The position numbers and the translations under genes are program-made. DNA of 64,000 bases from positions 83,018,001 to 83,082,000 of the forward strand of contig NW_026262723.1 of assembly GCF_021869535.1 (NCBI RefSeq), in the 5' to 3' direction. The notes under the pieces are model-generated. The model saw only the letters and a program-made list of their open reading frames with translations, did no database searches and was not told the DNA's origin. The DNA is from Mytilus californianus. Lineage: Eukaryota. How positions within the stretch are numbered: position 1 is the first letter of the stretch; every line of letters begins with the position of its first letter. Positions 1 through 13,310 of the stretch are shown one piece after another.

Positions 1-329
1 TGGAATGATTAACTATTAAATTTTATATTTATAGCATTCCGAAATGCTTTCAATTTGTTATAAGTAGTTTCATTCAGGTTCTAGGAATTTCGTGTCAGAA
101 AATATGCACATAAGTAAGGCTGAATTAAATTAAAGTTTTTTTTCAAACTCTTTGAAAATTTAAACACAGTTTCGGGGTATTTATTGTACTGTAAAAGCAA
201 AGTTAGAGTATGTATTGCTTTTTTTAGCCTACGATTCTAAAAAAATAAGTATTGTTGTGATAAAAAGAGTTTTTCCAGATTTTTCTATTTGAATACATGT
301 TAGCATATGCTGCACTTTGTAAATAACGT

Positions 330-1860
330 TGATTCACAAATCACGCCTCTCTTGTGGAGATACTTGATAATCATATTATTTTGATTTGTTTACTTACTGC
401 CTCCCAAATAAGATCTCCATGCTTCATGTCAAGGAAAGACAACTTTTTAAAATTTCATCAGTATAAACACAGTTAGATAGCGGTTAAATTGAGTTCTTAA
501 AGTAAAAGGAGGGTTAGAACAGAATTTTAGTATTAGTTTAAAGTGTTAGAAATTTAAAACATAAAAGTTGAAAATATGTACAGTTTTAGCCGTACACGAA
601 GTTCTATGGGAAATTGCATGGCCTCTACTTTTAAAATTTCAACCTATAGATATGCTAGAAAGAGAACAAATTTTAGACTCACTGATAATAGACGTGTATC
701 AGTGGTAAATTCAAAACCCCCAGGACAATCTAGAACTTTTGATGATCATAATAATGATGTTTTCTATCTCATATCAAATCTTTCGCGCAACGCTTTTCGC
801 GAATAGATGTCATCTTTGATATGTATAACGGCAACAGTTTGAGATGTGAAACAAGAAAGACACGCGGAACAGGCCCAAGAAGAACAGTAACAGTGCACGG
901 TAAACTTTCAAGGTCATCGAATACTTTTCTTCGAGGTGATGAAAACAAAACGGGACTGTTGGGTTTTTTGCAAACAAATTATTATTACAGTCAAGACAGA
1001 CATCACAATCGTCACCTTTGAGGAGAATGTTCTCAGCAATAAAACAATCTATGTTGACCATATTCCATTATGTAATCCCATGAAGGCTGACATACATATT
1101 TCTGCACGTCAAACATGCACCAATAGATGGCAACAGGAAAACTACTAAATAAGCATTGATACTGATGTCGTTGTCATATGTGTATCTCTATTCACAAAGC
1201 TAAATGTAGACATGCTATGGATTGCTCTTGACAAAGGTAAGGACTTTCGATGGATTCCAGTTCATGATGTAACAAGATCGCCAGATTTAAAATCTAGGAT
1301 GCATCCCTTTATCCATGCATTTACTGGTAGTGACACCTTTATCTGCTTTTGCAGGTGAAGGCAAAAACAAGTCAGCATGGTAGGCCTGAAATGTGTTCAA
1401 ATATAAAATTGAGAATGGAAATGGGGAATGGGTCAAAGAGACAACAACCCAACCAAAGAGCAGAAAACAGCCGAAGGCCACCAATGGGTCTTCAATTCAG
1501 CGAGAAAATCCCGCATTCGGAGCTAATTGTTTTCCAGCATCTCAGTCTTCCAGTCGATAGTGTGACAAATGATCAAATGGCCATGGACTTGGGGTAAGTA
1601 TGACCGATCAAACAGCAGTTATTAAATAAATGAAGCATGTGTGGACTTGTTTGCACAAAACCAATTTTAATATTATGTCATTCCACCATCTAGGGTAGCT
1701 CTTATTAGCCATATAAAGCTGGAAGAACTTTGGGCCAATTTTATCAGGAACTTCAAAGAAGTGGCTGTAAAATAAATTGTTCCAGACACTGCAATAGCTT
1801 TCATTCCAAATAGTCCTGCACTACAGTGTGCAGCTGTAGATGTGATGAAGGTATTATAAA
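330..1860 (+). mobile_element. Degenerate Academ (AcademX)-type DNA transposon coding remnant: XPG/FEN1-like nuclease region plus C-terminal Cys-rich finger
   Basis: Frameshifted translation gives RIDVIFDMY..SLRCETRKTRGTG..FLR..ENK, then (H)EEAD-like/SIDTDVVV, HAFTGSDT.SAFAG.GK, IPPSRVAL and GCKINCSRHC..*SCTTVCSCRC (about 1763-1850). These motifs fall in the order known for Academ XPG+Cys8 proteins. Many stops; ends not found. Confidence 0.65.
1405..1522 (+). repeat. Abundant interspersed repeat, family M1 (AAAATTGAGAATGGAAATGGGGAATGTGTCAAAGAGACAACAACCC...)
   Basis: The same sequence recurs at about 18871-18954(-), 22448-22516(+), 23947-24042(-), 34977-35048(+) and 43862-44113(+). This copy interrupts the Academ remnant. 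Confidence 0.9.
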
Positions 1861-2213
1861 AATTTCAAATTATAGAACCAACACATGGATAATGAACAAA
1901 ATGGCCAATACGTATTTGTTTTAACAGATGTTGCACAGGCTTAAATGACAGAAAATCCTTAAGAGGCTGGGTGAGATAGATCTCTTGATTTTTTCGTGTT
2001 TTACAAACAAAGCGTCTGTTATAAAATCGTAAATGGAAATTGAAATATTTCAACTCGAAGAAAGCTCTTTAATCTTTCTTACTGTCACAATCATATTTTA
2101 CTGTGTCTTCAAAATTATGTACCATTTTTTGTGATTCTCCTGACAACAAAGGAATCGCCTTCAATACTTTTTATACAAGCAATTCAAAACTTTGCCGGCA
2201 GTAAAATGCTTAC

Positions 2214-2358
2214 CTAGTACTATAGCCCGCCATTCTGCATACAACTTTTGCATCTTGCAAAGTAAAATTGTCAGAAGATATTGTTCCAGACTGACCATTT
2301 TTCTGGACTAGTATTGTTCCAAAACCATTTCCAGATAAATGCACTTGAGTTGCAGAAA
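2214..2358 (-). CDS. Internal exon encoding the N-terminal half of an SRCR (scavenger receptor cysteine-rich) domain; rest of gene not located
   Basis: AG/GT-bounded 145-bp exon (phase 1 to 2) reading SATQVHLSGNGFGTILVQKNGQSGTISSDNFTLQDAKVVCRMAGYST, matching VxL...G.V.V..NG.WGTVCDD.F...DA.VVCRMLGY. Confidence 0.7.
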
Positions 2359-4471
2359 CTGAAAATGAAATGACGTTGTTAAGATTGTTCAAGTTTCAAT
2401 TATAAAGCAACTTTGATGACAACTCAGTTGATAAAAACCCAACTCACAATGGGAATCAAACAAATGCTTAATAAAACAAACAAAAAAAATGAATGGAAAA
2501 TATGGGCCCTTATTAAATCATGAGGTGATATATCAGGTTCCAGAAATACGTCTTGGGCGTCATGTATTATCATACGAATCGGGTGTCTATAGTTTGGTGA
2601 TTGCTTTACACCGCATCACCACAAAAAGGCTATATCGCGGCGATATATAGTTATGTAAAATGTCAATAACTCACATTAAAGTAATGATTCAATACAACAT
2701 GAACAAAACGTAGTGGTATTTGTCTACACTCGTCTTGAGGCATCAAAATGTTTACAAATTATAATTCTGTACAACGCGGATGTTGAGACCTCGAATAGCG
2801 AATTAAGTGGTGATATGTTATTAATCACATGAGAAGTATGTAATTAACTCTTGTTCAAGAAATCGAATTTGAAATCATTTAATTTGTAGGCATTTATGTG
2901 TTAAGCAGTCCTCGACAATCCCTTAATTGAGGAATGTAACAGTATAAAAGAGACAGACGTTGCTGTTGTTTTGATATTACAGAACCACATGTTCAAATAA
3001 TCAGCCCATAAAATCTTAACTCAGTACATGTATTTAATAATCCTGTTTTCTAAACTCAATAAAGTTTTTAGAGTAAGTAAAACTTACTGACTGTGGGTGA
3101 ATACTGATTTTTTCGTTGAGGCGTAAGCGTTTGTTTAGAGATAAAATTGAGCCAGTATTTGAAGCATGAGAAGGAAAGGGTTAAACTGACCTCCGTGATA
3201 ACTTATTTACTGTAGAATTTACATTGTATAATTTCATAGATATCCTTTAGTTTGGTTGAGAGATATTTTGAAAGTACCCAATTGATTACGTCGTCGTTGA
3301 CCTACTGCAAAGAGGTACATTTCAAAAACTTTCAATGATATAAAAATTAGTTCGGATAGTTCCTATGTCATACCAAAATGATTAGAATCGTTTTTATTAT
3401 AGTTTATTATAGTCTTCAAAGCGCTGTCTACATGACCTTTAGTAGGAGTGTGTCTACTGATATTAATTTAACCAAGTTCATTATTAAAAGTTAATGGAAT
3501 CGGTGAAAAAGATCTTAATAATTCAAGATCGGGATTAAAGCCTATCACTGTGAACAATTTACATCAACTTCAATATTAGATTTATCATCTTGCAGACATT
3601 TTCAAACGTTGATAATTAACTATAGTGGAAACCTTCGGAAACTTAATAAACTGCACCGTTGGAATCATAAGACTGCTTGATATATCAGAAATAACACATT
3701 TCTAGGGATTTATATATGCGGGCATTTTAAGGACATTCAGGACAGTAATTATAAAAGAGAAGGTGAAATTGCACAAAAAAAAGCAAACTATTCAAACCAT
3801 TAAAAATGTTGTTAATTGTATTGATGAAGGAACAGGTTGATATAATTTGAATAAAAAGTGCAGACAGGTCATTAGGAATGTCAATATGACGTCATAAGCT
3901 TGTTGAATTAAAGTATTTGTCCAAAAATTGACATTTCAGGCATACCTTTTGGTTAAAATATATATGAGCGACAGTTTTACCCTAAAATATATTTTTTCAT
4001 ACATTCGCATCTTTCTAAAATGCATTTTGTTTCGCCAAAATATCGTTTTGGGTAAAACTGTTGTAAATATCTGAATTGCAAAATGTAAGATGTTTGAAGC
4101 TGTAAAGCAAAACGTAAGATAAGGTTCAAAAATATAAATACTGATGTTTGACATACCAATGTCTTAAGGACATCTGAAGGATGTTATTTGGTAGATTTTT
4201 AATACTTTATGATTTTATAATTTAAGAGCCTTATCATACCTCCTTCTATGTAAATAGTTTTTGTTATTGTTTTTATAAAATATCTTAAAGTATCTCGCAG
4301 TTATTTTCGTAGCTGTATGCGTTCCTTTTGCATCTTTTATCACCTACAAAGAGATCGTAACAGTTAATTGTTGGAGGTACTCAGAAAAGGAAACAATTTT
4401 ATTGAGAATAAATTAAGAATTCTACTCATTCTGAAAAATTTGATATTCTAAATTTTATAACTGTAGTCAAA

Positions 4472-5760
4472 ATGTCTTTTGAAATACAAACGTTCTTCGA
4501 AAATCCATTTAAGGAGTCATTAGTGACATTGAAAAAGATGATTTACTGAAATTAGGGATTCACTTTGAATTGCCAGTTAGATCTACCATAAAAAATATAA
4601 TATACTGTTTGGGCATTGTTTAGTAGGCAAAGAAAATTTCCCTGAAACTGTTTTAATAACTTTAGAAGAAACTGCTGTTGGGTAGAGCTTGAATTACAAT
4701 TACAAACAAAAAAAGTAAAGAACTTAAACTGCAAAAAAAAATGAAGAATTTTAATTGCAGATAGAATGAGAAAAACATTTCGGTTACAAAAAGAAAATAT
4801 TTACATGGAAAAAGAAAAAGAAAAAAAAATTATTTCACTAAAAAAAGAAAAAGAAGAGAGAACTTCTGGTTAGAGAATACAGAATCAAAACGAAATTAGA
4901 TTACAGGAATTAAAAGCTATAGAAAAGGGGAGTACAATGCCACAGATGACTTTTTCAGCAAAAAACAAATTTTATTCTAGTAAATATATTCAGTTTGTTT
5001 CAACAAGACTATGAAAAATAATTTTAGCATTTTGAGAAAATTCATCAAAATTTAAAGTGACCAAATGCATATTATTGCGAGTGTTTTGATTGAAAAGCCG
5101 GTGATATCTATTGCACTGTGTTGAACAGAGCGGAGACTATGAAACGGTTAAAAGACAGTCTTGAAGGCCTACGAACTTGTTTTGATAATCAACAATTTTG
5201 AAATTTAAGGAAAAAATATAACCAAATATGTTCAATTTGCGAGTGAGAAGAAATTTTGTTTGAAGAATGGACTACTTTTGATAAATTAGAAATAAGCAAT
5301 AAATTTGACAAAATTTAACAGCTCATTGTCTTGAAGACTTTAAATGGGCATACAGTGTATGATTTGTTCCAGGCAGTAACTATACCTGATGGTAATGCTC
5401 TTACACATAGAGTTAAATTTCAGTAGAAAAACCAACACGAATTTTCATAAAATGTACTGAAATCATATTATTTCATGAATGGATCAGATTGTTGGTATCT
5501 ATGAAAATAGATTTACTACTACTTGAGGTTGTTCAATTTAGAACGCTAAAATGTCCTTACCTGTTGAAAACATTGTTGAGGGTACAATATCAAAGTCTGA
5601 TTATGTAATGGAGGATTATTAATCTTTTTTTTTCAGAGGAAAATGTATAACTTCAAAGTGATAATTCTAATATACAGCCAATTAGAATTTTGCGTGATAC
5701 CGGAGTTTCTTAATTTTTGTTGTAAGGAGGTGTATTTGCCTTTGTCATGAAAAGCTTTGT
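4472..5760 (+). mobile_element. Decayed Ty3/Gypsy LTR retrotransposon gag-protease remnant (SCAN-like gag type)
   Basis: Fragments MSFEIQTFFENP..KDDLLKLGIHF, HFEKI.QNLK.P, DYETVK..VLKAYEL and the protease motif PIRILRDTGVS..GVLP. Many frameshifts; truncated by the LINE at about 5780. Confidence 0.65.
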
Positions 5761-5779
5761 TGTGGCTTCTAAGGATCTG

Positions 5780-8700
5780 AATACTCATCGGCGGATGCTT
5801 TTACTAGAATTGAAAACGAATTTCTTCATTTGTCTGAACCCAATTTAAAAAGCGTCTTAATAGGGGATTTTAATGCTAAGACATCTACATTACCGGATTA
5901 TGTTATCCCAGATCAACATTTACTTGAAATTCTCAATACTGATGAAACACACACGTTGAATTACTTTTCCGATTACAATGAGTTCTTAAACAATATTTCC
6001 TTGCGAAGATATAGCAAATGTACATGTAGACCAAATACGTATGGTCATCGACTCCTAGAATTGTGTAAAAAAATGAATACATATATTGCAAATTCAAGAA
6101 CAGGTAATGACAAAACCGTAGGAAAAATTACTTGTAATGACGTTAGTGTCGTTGATTATCTAATACTTCTGATCTTTATCAAATGACAAAGAATTTCGAA
6201 GGAGAAGAATTTAATCCTATCCTATCAGATGTCCACTGTAAACTAAAGTTTACACTTGAATCAAAACCATATACTAATATCTACCATGTGAAAACCGTTG
6301 AAAGACAAGTTATTAAACGGAACAATAATAAGCAGGATAAATTTGCCAAATTTGTTAAAGAAAAAAAGACTGAAGAAATATTTTGGATCAATTAATCGAT
6401 CGAAATGATATACAACAAACTGATATTGATGCGTCAATGAATAAAATTTGTGACATATTTAACAGCTCTTCAATCTCAGTGTTTGGAACAAAATGTAAAA
6501 ACCAGAAATATACAAAGCACAATGACAAACCATGGTGTAAAAGAGGATACAAAGGAAAAAGAAATTTATTTCATCAGGCTAAACAAAGATACGGGAACTT
6601 AAAAAGGGAAGAAAATAAAAAGGCTCTGAAAGAAGCAAGTAAATCTGATAAAAAAGAACTAAATCGGAGTTATATTGACTTCCAAATGAATAACGCAAAA
6701 GATCTAAGAAAACTTGCCAAATCTGATCCAAAACGGCTTTTGAAAAAACTGAATAGTATAAATACTAACAAATCAAATAAAACTGATGCTGTTCAAACTG
6801 AAGATTTATATGAACATTTTAAACGTCTAACCCAAGATGATCTAATTGAAGACAACTCAGAGATAGACTTAACAAAGGTACCACCAGAGAGCATTGACAG
6901 AATTTTAAATTCTCCAATCACAGAAGAAGACATTTTGAATGTCGTCCAAAAACTTAATAAGGCTTCCGGATATGATGGCATTGTAAATGAACATATTTAA
7001 CATACGGTTAAGGAAATGTTAACCATCTATCACAAGCTATTCAACATTGTTTTAAATACTGGGAAGGTCCCAGATTCATGGACAATGGGAATTATTCAGC
7101 TTATCTTCAAAAATAAAGGCAATATATATGATCCCAAGTCGTATAGACCAATTACTTTAGTGTTGTGTCTAGGGAAAACTTTCACATCGATCTTAAATAA
7201 ACGGCTTGGGGAACTTTCAATTGAGAACAATCTGATTTCCGAAGCTCAAACAGGATTTAGAAAAGGTTGTAGCACATTGGATAATATCTTTGTATTACAT
7301 TCATTAATATCAATTTATCAAGCGCTTGGAAAAAAAAACTCTTTTGCACTTTTGTTGACTTTTCGAGAGCCTTTGACACAATCTCTCATACATCTTTATG
7401 GATAAAGTTACAAAAGACGAATATCTCCGGGAAAATTTTTAAGGTAATATATAACATGTATAGTGATGTTAAATCGTGCATTAGGAATGGGAACGAAGTT
7501 TCAGCTGCTTTTATCTGTAACATTAGAGTGAGACAGGGAGAAAATTTATCCCCCTTTTTATTTGCTGTTTATCTCAACGATCTTGAATCATTCTTTGCTG
7601 AAAATGATGTTCAGAACTTGCAGGTTATGGAAAATATTTGCCGCAATTATTTGCATATCTATATACATTGTAAAACTGTTCGTTTTTTTGTATGCCGATG
7701 ACACTATAATTATATCTGAAACGGCCGAATCGATGCAACAAGCCTTAAATGTTTTTCAAAGATACTGTGTGGAAGTTTAACGTTAATTTATCGAAGACAA
7801 AGGTTGTTGTGTTCTGCAAACGGAAATCACAAAAATTACCAAAGTTTCAACTATTTAACCAGTCTATTGAAGTTCAAGATTCTTATTCATATCTAGGACT
7901 AATTTTCAATTACAATGGTTCATTTGCTACAGCAACAAAACGTCTAAGCGAAAAAGCACAGAAAGCATTATTTAGCCTTTATACAAAGATACGTAACCTC
8001 TCAATACCTGTCGACTAGCAATTACAACTGTTTGATGTATTTATACTTCCCATTCTGACATATGGGAGTGAAAAATTGAAAACAACACGTTTAATAATTT
8101 CATGCGTCCGAAGCGCTTTTCTGGATTTACCTTCATCAGGAACGCTCAAAGCCAAACATTTGAAATCCGAGTGAAATATGGGGATTCGGAAACAATTACA
8201 TGCTGGAAAAAATTCAACTACAATTTTGCCGAAATGTGTTAAAAATTAGTTCCTCGACACCAAATTTTATGACATATGGAGAACTTGGTCGTACACCAAT
8301 AGATACCATGATAAAAGTTAGAATGGTGTGTTTATTTGAATAAACCTCTCGCCAATGAAAACAAACTAAGCAATATCCTGTATCAAATAATGTTCAACTT
8401 AAAAGATGATTATACGTTCAAGTGGCTTGACTATCTTAAATCAATTTTAGACAATTCTGGACTTTGGACTCAGTAATTGCCAGTAGATATAAATCAATTG
8501 AAAAACGTTCCGAAACAAAATCTTATAGATGCATACATTCACAAATGGTATAGTCAAATTGACAATTCTTCCAGAGGTGAATTTTACGGTCTGTTTAAAC
8601 AATGTTTGGTCTAGAAAAATTTCTTGTACAATTATCACCAATCGAATGTGAATATATTTCTAAATTAAGATGCTGTAATGTGAAAATTCCAATAGAGCTG

Positions 8701-9190
8701 GGTAGATGGTACAATATTCTTAAAGAAGAGACGGTATGTAATATGTGTTCGAATGCTATTGGTAATGAATATCATTACTTATTCGAATGCAATTCCATCT
8801 TAGTAAAAAATATCAGAAATCAACACATTCCTCAGTACTATGTTAAATATCCCAGCGCAGCAAAAATGAAAGGATTACTATCATTGTGTAATATGAAGAT
8901 ACTAAAAAATGTATCTTTATTCGTTTCAAAGTTAATTAAAGTATTATAAAGTAAAGTAGTTATCAATATATTCCATTTTAGAGTTGTTTTATTTCTTTTT
9001 ATGATTGTATGTGATTGTATTTTGTATATGTTTACCTCTTGTTTCACATGTGAATGTGACAGGGTGTTTTTATATTATGCATATTGTATTTATTGCTTAT
9101 TTAATTTTTGTAGGGCGTGGATTGTTTATCCTCACTACCTCTGCAAATCATTGGGTACAATTGTACTGGGACCTATTATAATTTCTGAAT
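5780..9190 (+). mobile_element. 5'-truncated, frameshifted non-LTR retrotransposon (RTE/RTEX-like): APE endonuclease end, RT and C-terminal Cys/His motif
   Basis: ORF pieces: GDFNAKT and VVDY (endonuclease); YRPITL, QTGFRKG.STLDNIF, VRQGENLSPFLF, LYADDT (RT); PILTYGSEIWG, YGELGR, IELGRW..C..C....EYHYLFEC. Confidence 0.9.
8074..8168 (-). ncRNA. 95-bp insertion carrying a variant type I hammerhead ribozyme (core 8104-8145)
   Basis: Minus strand reads GCGTTC-CTGATGA-AGGTAAATCCA-GAA-AAGCGCTT-C-GGACGC. Stem I is GCGTTC/GGACGC and stem III is the palindrome AAGCGCTT. Flanked by the duplication GAGTGAAA (8066-8073, 8169-8176); removing the insert restores the LINE motif YGSEIWG. Confidence 0.75.
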
Positions 9191-9973
9191 CAGTAACTGT
9201 AGTTGTTATGGTTAGAAAAGCAGAACCGGATCCAGCGGTGTCACTTGGTGCACGTAACACCCCTGAGGTTGGCAAAAATGGTGCACCATATAGAATACCA
9301 TTTAAATCTCAATTAATTTACCAGTTATTCCTTCACTAATAATATACTTGTCTTTCTATTTCCAATACAATTGATTTACCTTAAGGCAAAAAAACATGTA
9401 CCTTGACATAAACTTTTTATCACTGACCGTTAATTGCTTATTCGGTTCTTTTTATGTTTAAGTGTGAAAATGAAGAGACAATTTCTTCCGAAGAAAAATG
9501 TGGTTGTATTTCAAGACAAATTACAAAAGTCAACAACTAAAAGCTGTACGAAATGCAACTTATTTGACCACCCAAACATCTTTGTCATTCTCAGTACTGT
9601 GTGCACTATAGTAATCAGTTGCGAATGTGAGCTTTCAGAGAGTGAGCTCATGTTCCTGAAACTGATTTACGTGCAACAATAGACGAGAAATGACTAAATG
9701 AATTAGCACTGATGCACATGCATTGTGATAGACCTTGATATGATATTTAACTTGTTTACTCCCAGACATAAAAAAAAATTAATGACGATGATGACGGATA
9801 AGTGTTTGACCTCCAGTGGTAAAATAAATGCATTCAGGACGAGATTAATAATAAGTTGATACGCATATAAACCCTGCTTTGAATACTATATAGACCGACA
9901 CGCTGAGCCGCATTCTAAATGTGCTAGTTCACAAGGAACCTGTTACAGTCCACAAAACGACATGTCTTTTTTA

Positions 9974-10258
9974 TGCACCTGTCCTAAGTCAGGAGCCTGT
10001 TGTTCAGTAGTTGTCGTTTGTTGGTGTGGTTCGTAGGTGTTTCTCGTTTCTCGTTTTTTATATAGATTAGACCGTTGGTTTTCCTGTTTGAATTGTTTTA
10101 CACTAGTCATTTTGGGGCACTTTATAGCTTGCTGTTCGGTGTGAGCCAAGGCTCCGTGTTGAAGGCCGTACTTTGACCTATAATTGTTAACTTTTTATAC
10201 ATTGTTACTTGGATGGAGAGTTGTCTCATTGGCACTCATACCACATCTTCTTATTTAT
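9974..10258 (+). repeat. Abundant interspersed repeat, family M2 (...CCTAAGTCAGGAGCC...GTTGAAGGCC...TTGTCTCATTGGCACTCATACCACATC)
   Basis: Close copy at about 63020-63340; variants at about 22040-22390, 55075-55290, 36574-36625 and 33470-33720(-). Confidence 0.85.
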
Positions 10259-10269
10259 ATATACATTAT

Positions 10270-10430
10270 TCCGAGCCGACCAGTCCTTTTCCTCATTACT
10301 AAATGCAGCATGCTTAGTGGTGAAACAGCAAATACGTATTTTCAAGTCTTTTGTTTGACCCCGTCGTGGTTTAAGTCCATGACCTCCCACACCCGAGAGG
10401 AGCACACTACTAAAAGACCACCAAGGCGGT
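10270..10430 (-). mobile_element. tRNA-derived SINE fragment (Meta-like core)
   Basis: Minus strand has a decayed tRNA-like head followed by GGTCAAACAAAAGACTTGAAAATACGTATTTGCTGTTTCACCACTAAGCATGCTGCATT, resembling the core of bivalve SINEs. Confidence 0.5.
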
Positions 10431-13085
10431 TAGAAAAAAATTAACTGGAATCAATTTTGTAAACCATTTGTTAGCATTTGTTTTGTTACTACCTCAATGA
10501 CCTTACACAAAATGAATTGAAATATTTTGTTAGTTCGTTTTGGTTATACCACCTAAAAAATTTCTGGATCCGGCCCTGACAATACATTCCACAATTTACT
10601 ATATATGATACATTATCACCTGATATAAATGATCATCGTCTCTTAACCGAAATAACATGTGAAGAAGTCAGGTGTCATTAGTCATAAAGGAACATCTGGC
10701 TTATTCGGAGCAACTGAGATCACCCCCGGTTTTACTGGGGTTAGTTCGGTTAAACTTTAGTTTTCTGTGTAGTGTGTTGTGGTCTTGTTGTATGTTTATG
10801 ATAATTATCTTTTACTTAACTGCAGCTAACACCTATTGCAACTTTAATAAACAGCGGAACTTACCAGAAAAAGACACACAATGTATCAAAACACCCAGTT
10901 GTATAGCAAGGTTCATTTCTGGAGGAAAAATATTGTTGTTTGAAGTATTATACTATTTCAATTATTTATTCGGAAAAAATAATTTGTGAAATTTAGAACA
11001 TTTATTTCCTTTTCTCCTTGATTCATTTGAAACGTTGTATTAATAATGCTATTTTATGCCTATATTTGGTAATTTTTGTATGACCTTAATGTTTTAATTA
11101 CCTTGACCAAGGTAGGTGTTTCAAAGTGCGAAAAAGCTATGACAATTTTAAAATGATTGTTTCCAATACAAAGTTTAAGTGTATCAAAATTAGCTGTTAT
11201 GATGTCCTTATTGTCATATTGTTTTTCGTTGTATTATAACTTCCGCGAGGTTTATCTGACACGTACATATAATGAATAGCTAGTAGTATTCATACATTTG
11301 TTTATAAACCATCTTGAACTAAACACATCTGTAGAAAATACTAATTAAAGTAATGAAATAAACAAAACGGACCAATTGTATTTGTTCATACCATACGTGG
11401 AATCAATATGTTTGGTGCCTATATATTTTAGAAATCCTCTAAGGTTGGGTGTAAATATATTGTTTTGTAGAATAACTTTGTAAAAAGGAAACCCAATTTG
11501 TTGGGAAAGGCACGAATAATTATGTGTGATTAATTATTTCAATACAAAAACACATCGAAAAATATTTCCTTATTTTATAATGCACATAGCTATTTTAATT
11601 CGACGCAAAATTTTTCCTTTCCATATTGGTACAAAGGCAATATTTATTAACACAAAAAATAAAGAAAAAAAAGTTCATTTACACAACATTACAACCATTA
11701 CATTACCGATTGATTACACGCATATAGCTGAAAGGTGAGAAAAAGACCCAACAATTCGATCTAAAAAAGAAACACAATTTACAATGGACATTACAAAACC
11801 TCCAATATAACGAAAGGCAATCTAACAAGATGTCTATGCCACATTATGAGCAAAAACATTCAATACCGGCGGTAAATATATGTGCATCTTCAAATTCCAA
11901 ACTATTGAACATTTTGACAGTAACATAATGAACCTTAAGTAATTTGTTTTTATATTATTTATTTGGTTCACGTGTAGACAAAGCAGTTTCATTTTTGTTT
12001 GATCAGACAGGGAGTCTGTTCCACTCAAACTATATTCAAAGATAGTACGATATTACGAGGCTACACAGTTGACTTGTAAAATGTTTTTTATTTACACACA
12101 ACAAAAAATAGATTTGTGGAATGCCATTATCAAGAAAAACAGTTCAAACGTAAAGTCAAGCCTATTAAAACAGAAATATAGTATATCAGTTGAAGTACAA
12201 GAGGCGATAACCGCCAGTGTTTCAGCTACGGACGAAAAAAATCAAAAGTCAAAGCACTTATGTGCTGTTTATTAGGATGGTGGCAGCGTTAGTAGACTAA
12301 AAAGTTCTTAAAGGGTTCCGCGAAACCATGCGTTTTGTCTCTGATTGCTGATCCATTGCAGCTTATTAAGTTCATTTCTAAGTAAAATACAGAAAACTTT
12401 TGATTCTTGTTCTTCAGATGCTATTTCTTGATCACTAAGAAGCTTCCCTTCAAGTATTGTATCATTCCATGAAAGGTGTAACAAAATTATTGATGTCTAA
12501 ACAAGTTACCCCAGACTTTATGTAAATATTAACTTTAAAAAACTTTGTCTTTTATAAATAAAATACAGAAAAACCAAAGAAATATATTCTAAAATTATAA
12601 AACTCATGCTTGGGCATAAAAAATGTGAAACAATTAAAAGAGAAAAGCAACGGCCTAATTTATGCTAAAACAATAAACAAAAAAACAAATAAAAGAGTAC
12701 TTAACAGTTTCTGAAAGCTATTTCAAAGCTTATTTCAACTTATAGATTAAATAAACCATGATTTCCCAGACTAAAAAGTCTACTCGCAAGGCTGTTAAGA
12801 TAACCTTATTTGAATGTGTTTATTGTAAACAAAATCACTACATGTACATCTTCATAGGTACTGTGTTAAATTGTGAACTTTCATTTAAATTTACCTAGCG
12901 ATGTAAGAAGAGTGATGCATATAAATACATGTAAAGTCTATTGACAGATGGATGGACATATGGAAGGAAATAGTAAAGACAGACAACATAGCGACAAATA
13001 TGAGTCCTACATTTTTACTCAAAACACACTCATATATATATTTTGCATCTGCTTTTCTAAATACCCTTGTTATTTCAATAATTAC

Positions 13086-13310
13086 ATTACATGTATGTTT
13101 CACGAGAATCCGTTAGTTTGATTGGCTAACAACAATCGCGCGTCATTCAAAAATTAACCTTCATATCAAAATAAAATGTTCCATTCGTGATGACACATGC
13201 TTCCATAAAAAAAGTGCACAGGTAAATAAAAGAAAATTTGATAAAACTTTTTTTTCTGGTTTTATTAGCATAAAAACGTAATTATAAGAAATGAATGCTT
13301 CTTTTTGTAA
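13086..13310 (+). repeat. Dispersed repeat with a second copy at about 16415-16628
   Basis: Both start ATTACATGTATGTTTCACGAGAATCCGTTAGTTTGATTGGCTAACAACAATCGCGCGTCATT and stay alignable for about 220 bp. Confidence 0.85.

Larger units (their letters stand above)
9221..10578 (+). mobile_element. Internally deleted hAT-type DNA transposon relic
   Basis: Imperfect TIRs CAGAACCGGATCCAG (9221) and CTGGATCCGGCCCTG (10564-10578). About 9540-9730 encodes a hAT dimerisation-like HPNIFVILSTVCTIVISCECE..LRATIDEK.LNELALMHMH (frameshifted). No 8-bp TSD seen. Confidence 0.55.

Noticed and set aside
10380-10430. tRNA gene
   Set aside because: Only a decayed SINE head; no cloverleaf.
10450-13080. Short ORFs of 60-105 aa from the ORF track here and in other AT-rich intervals
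   Set aside because: Low-complexity, AT-biased translations with no motifs or splice support; expected by chance.
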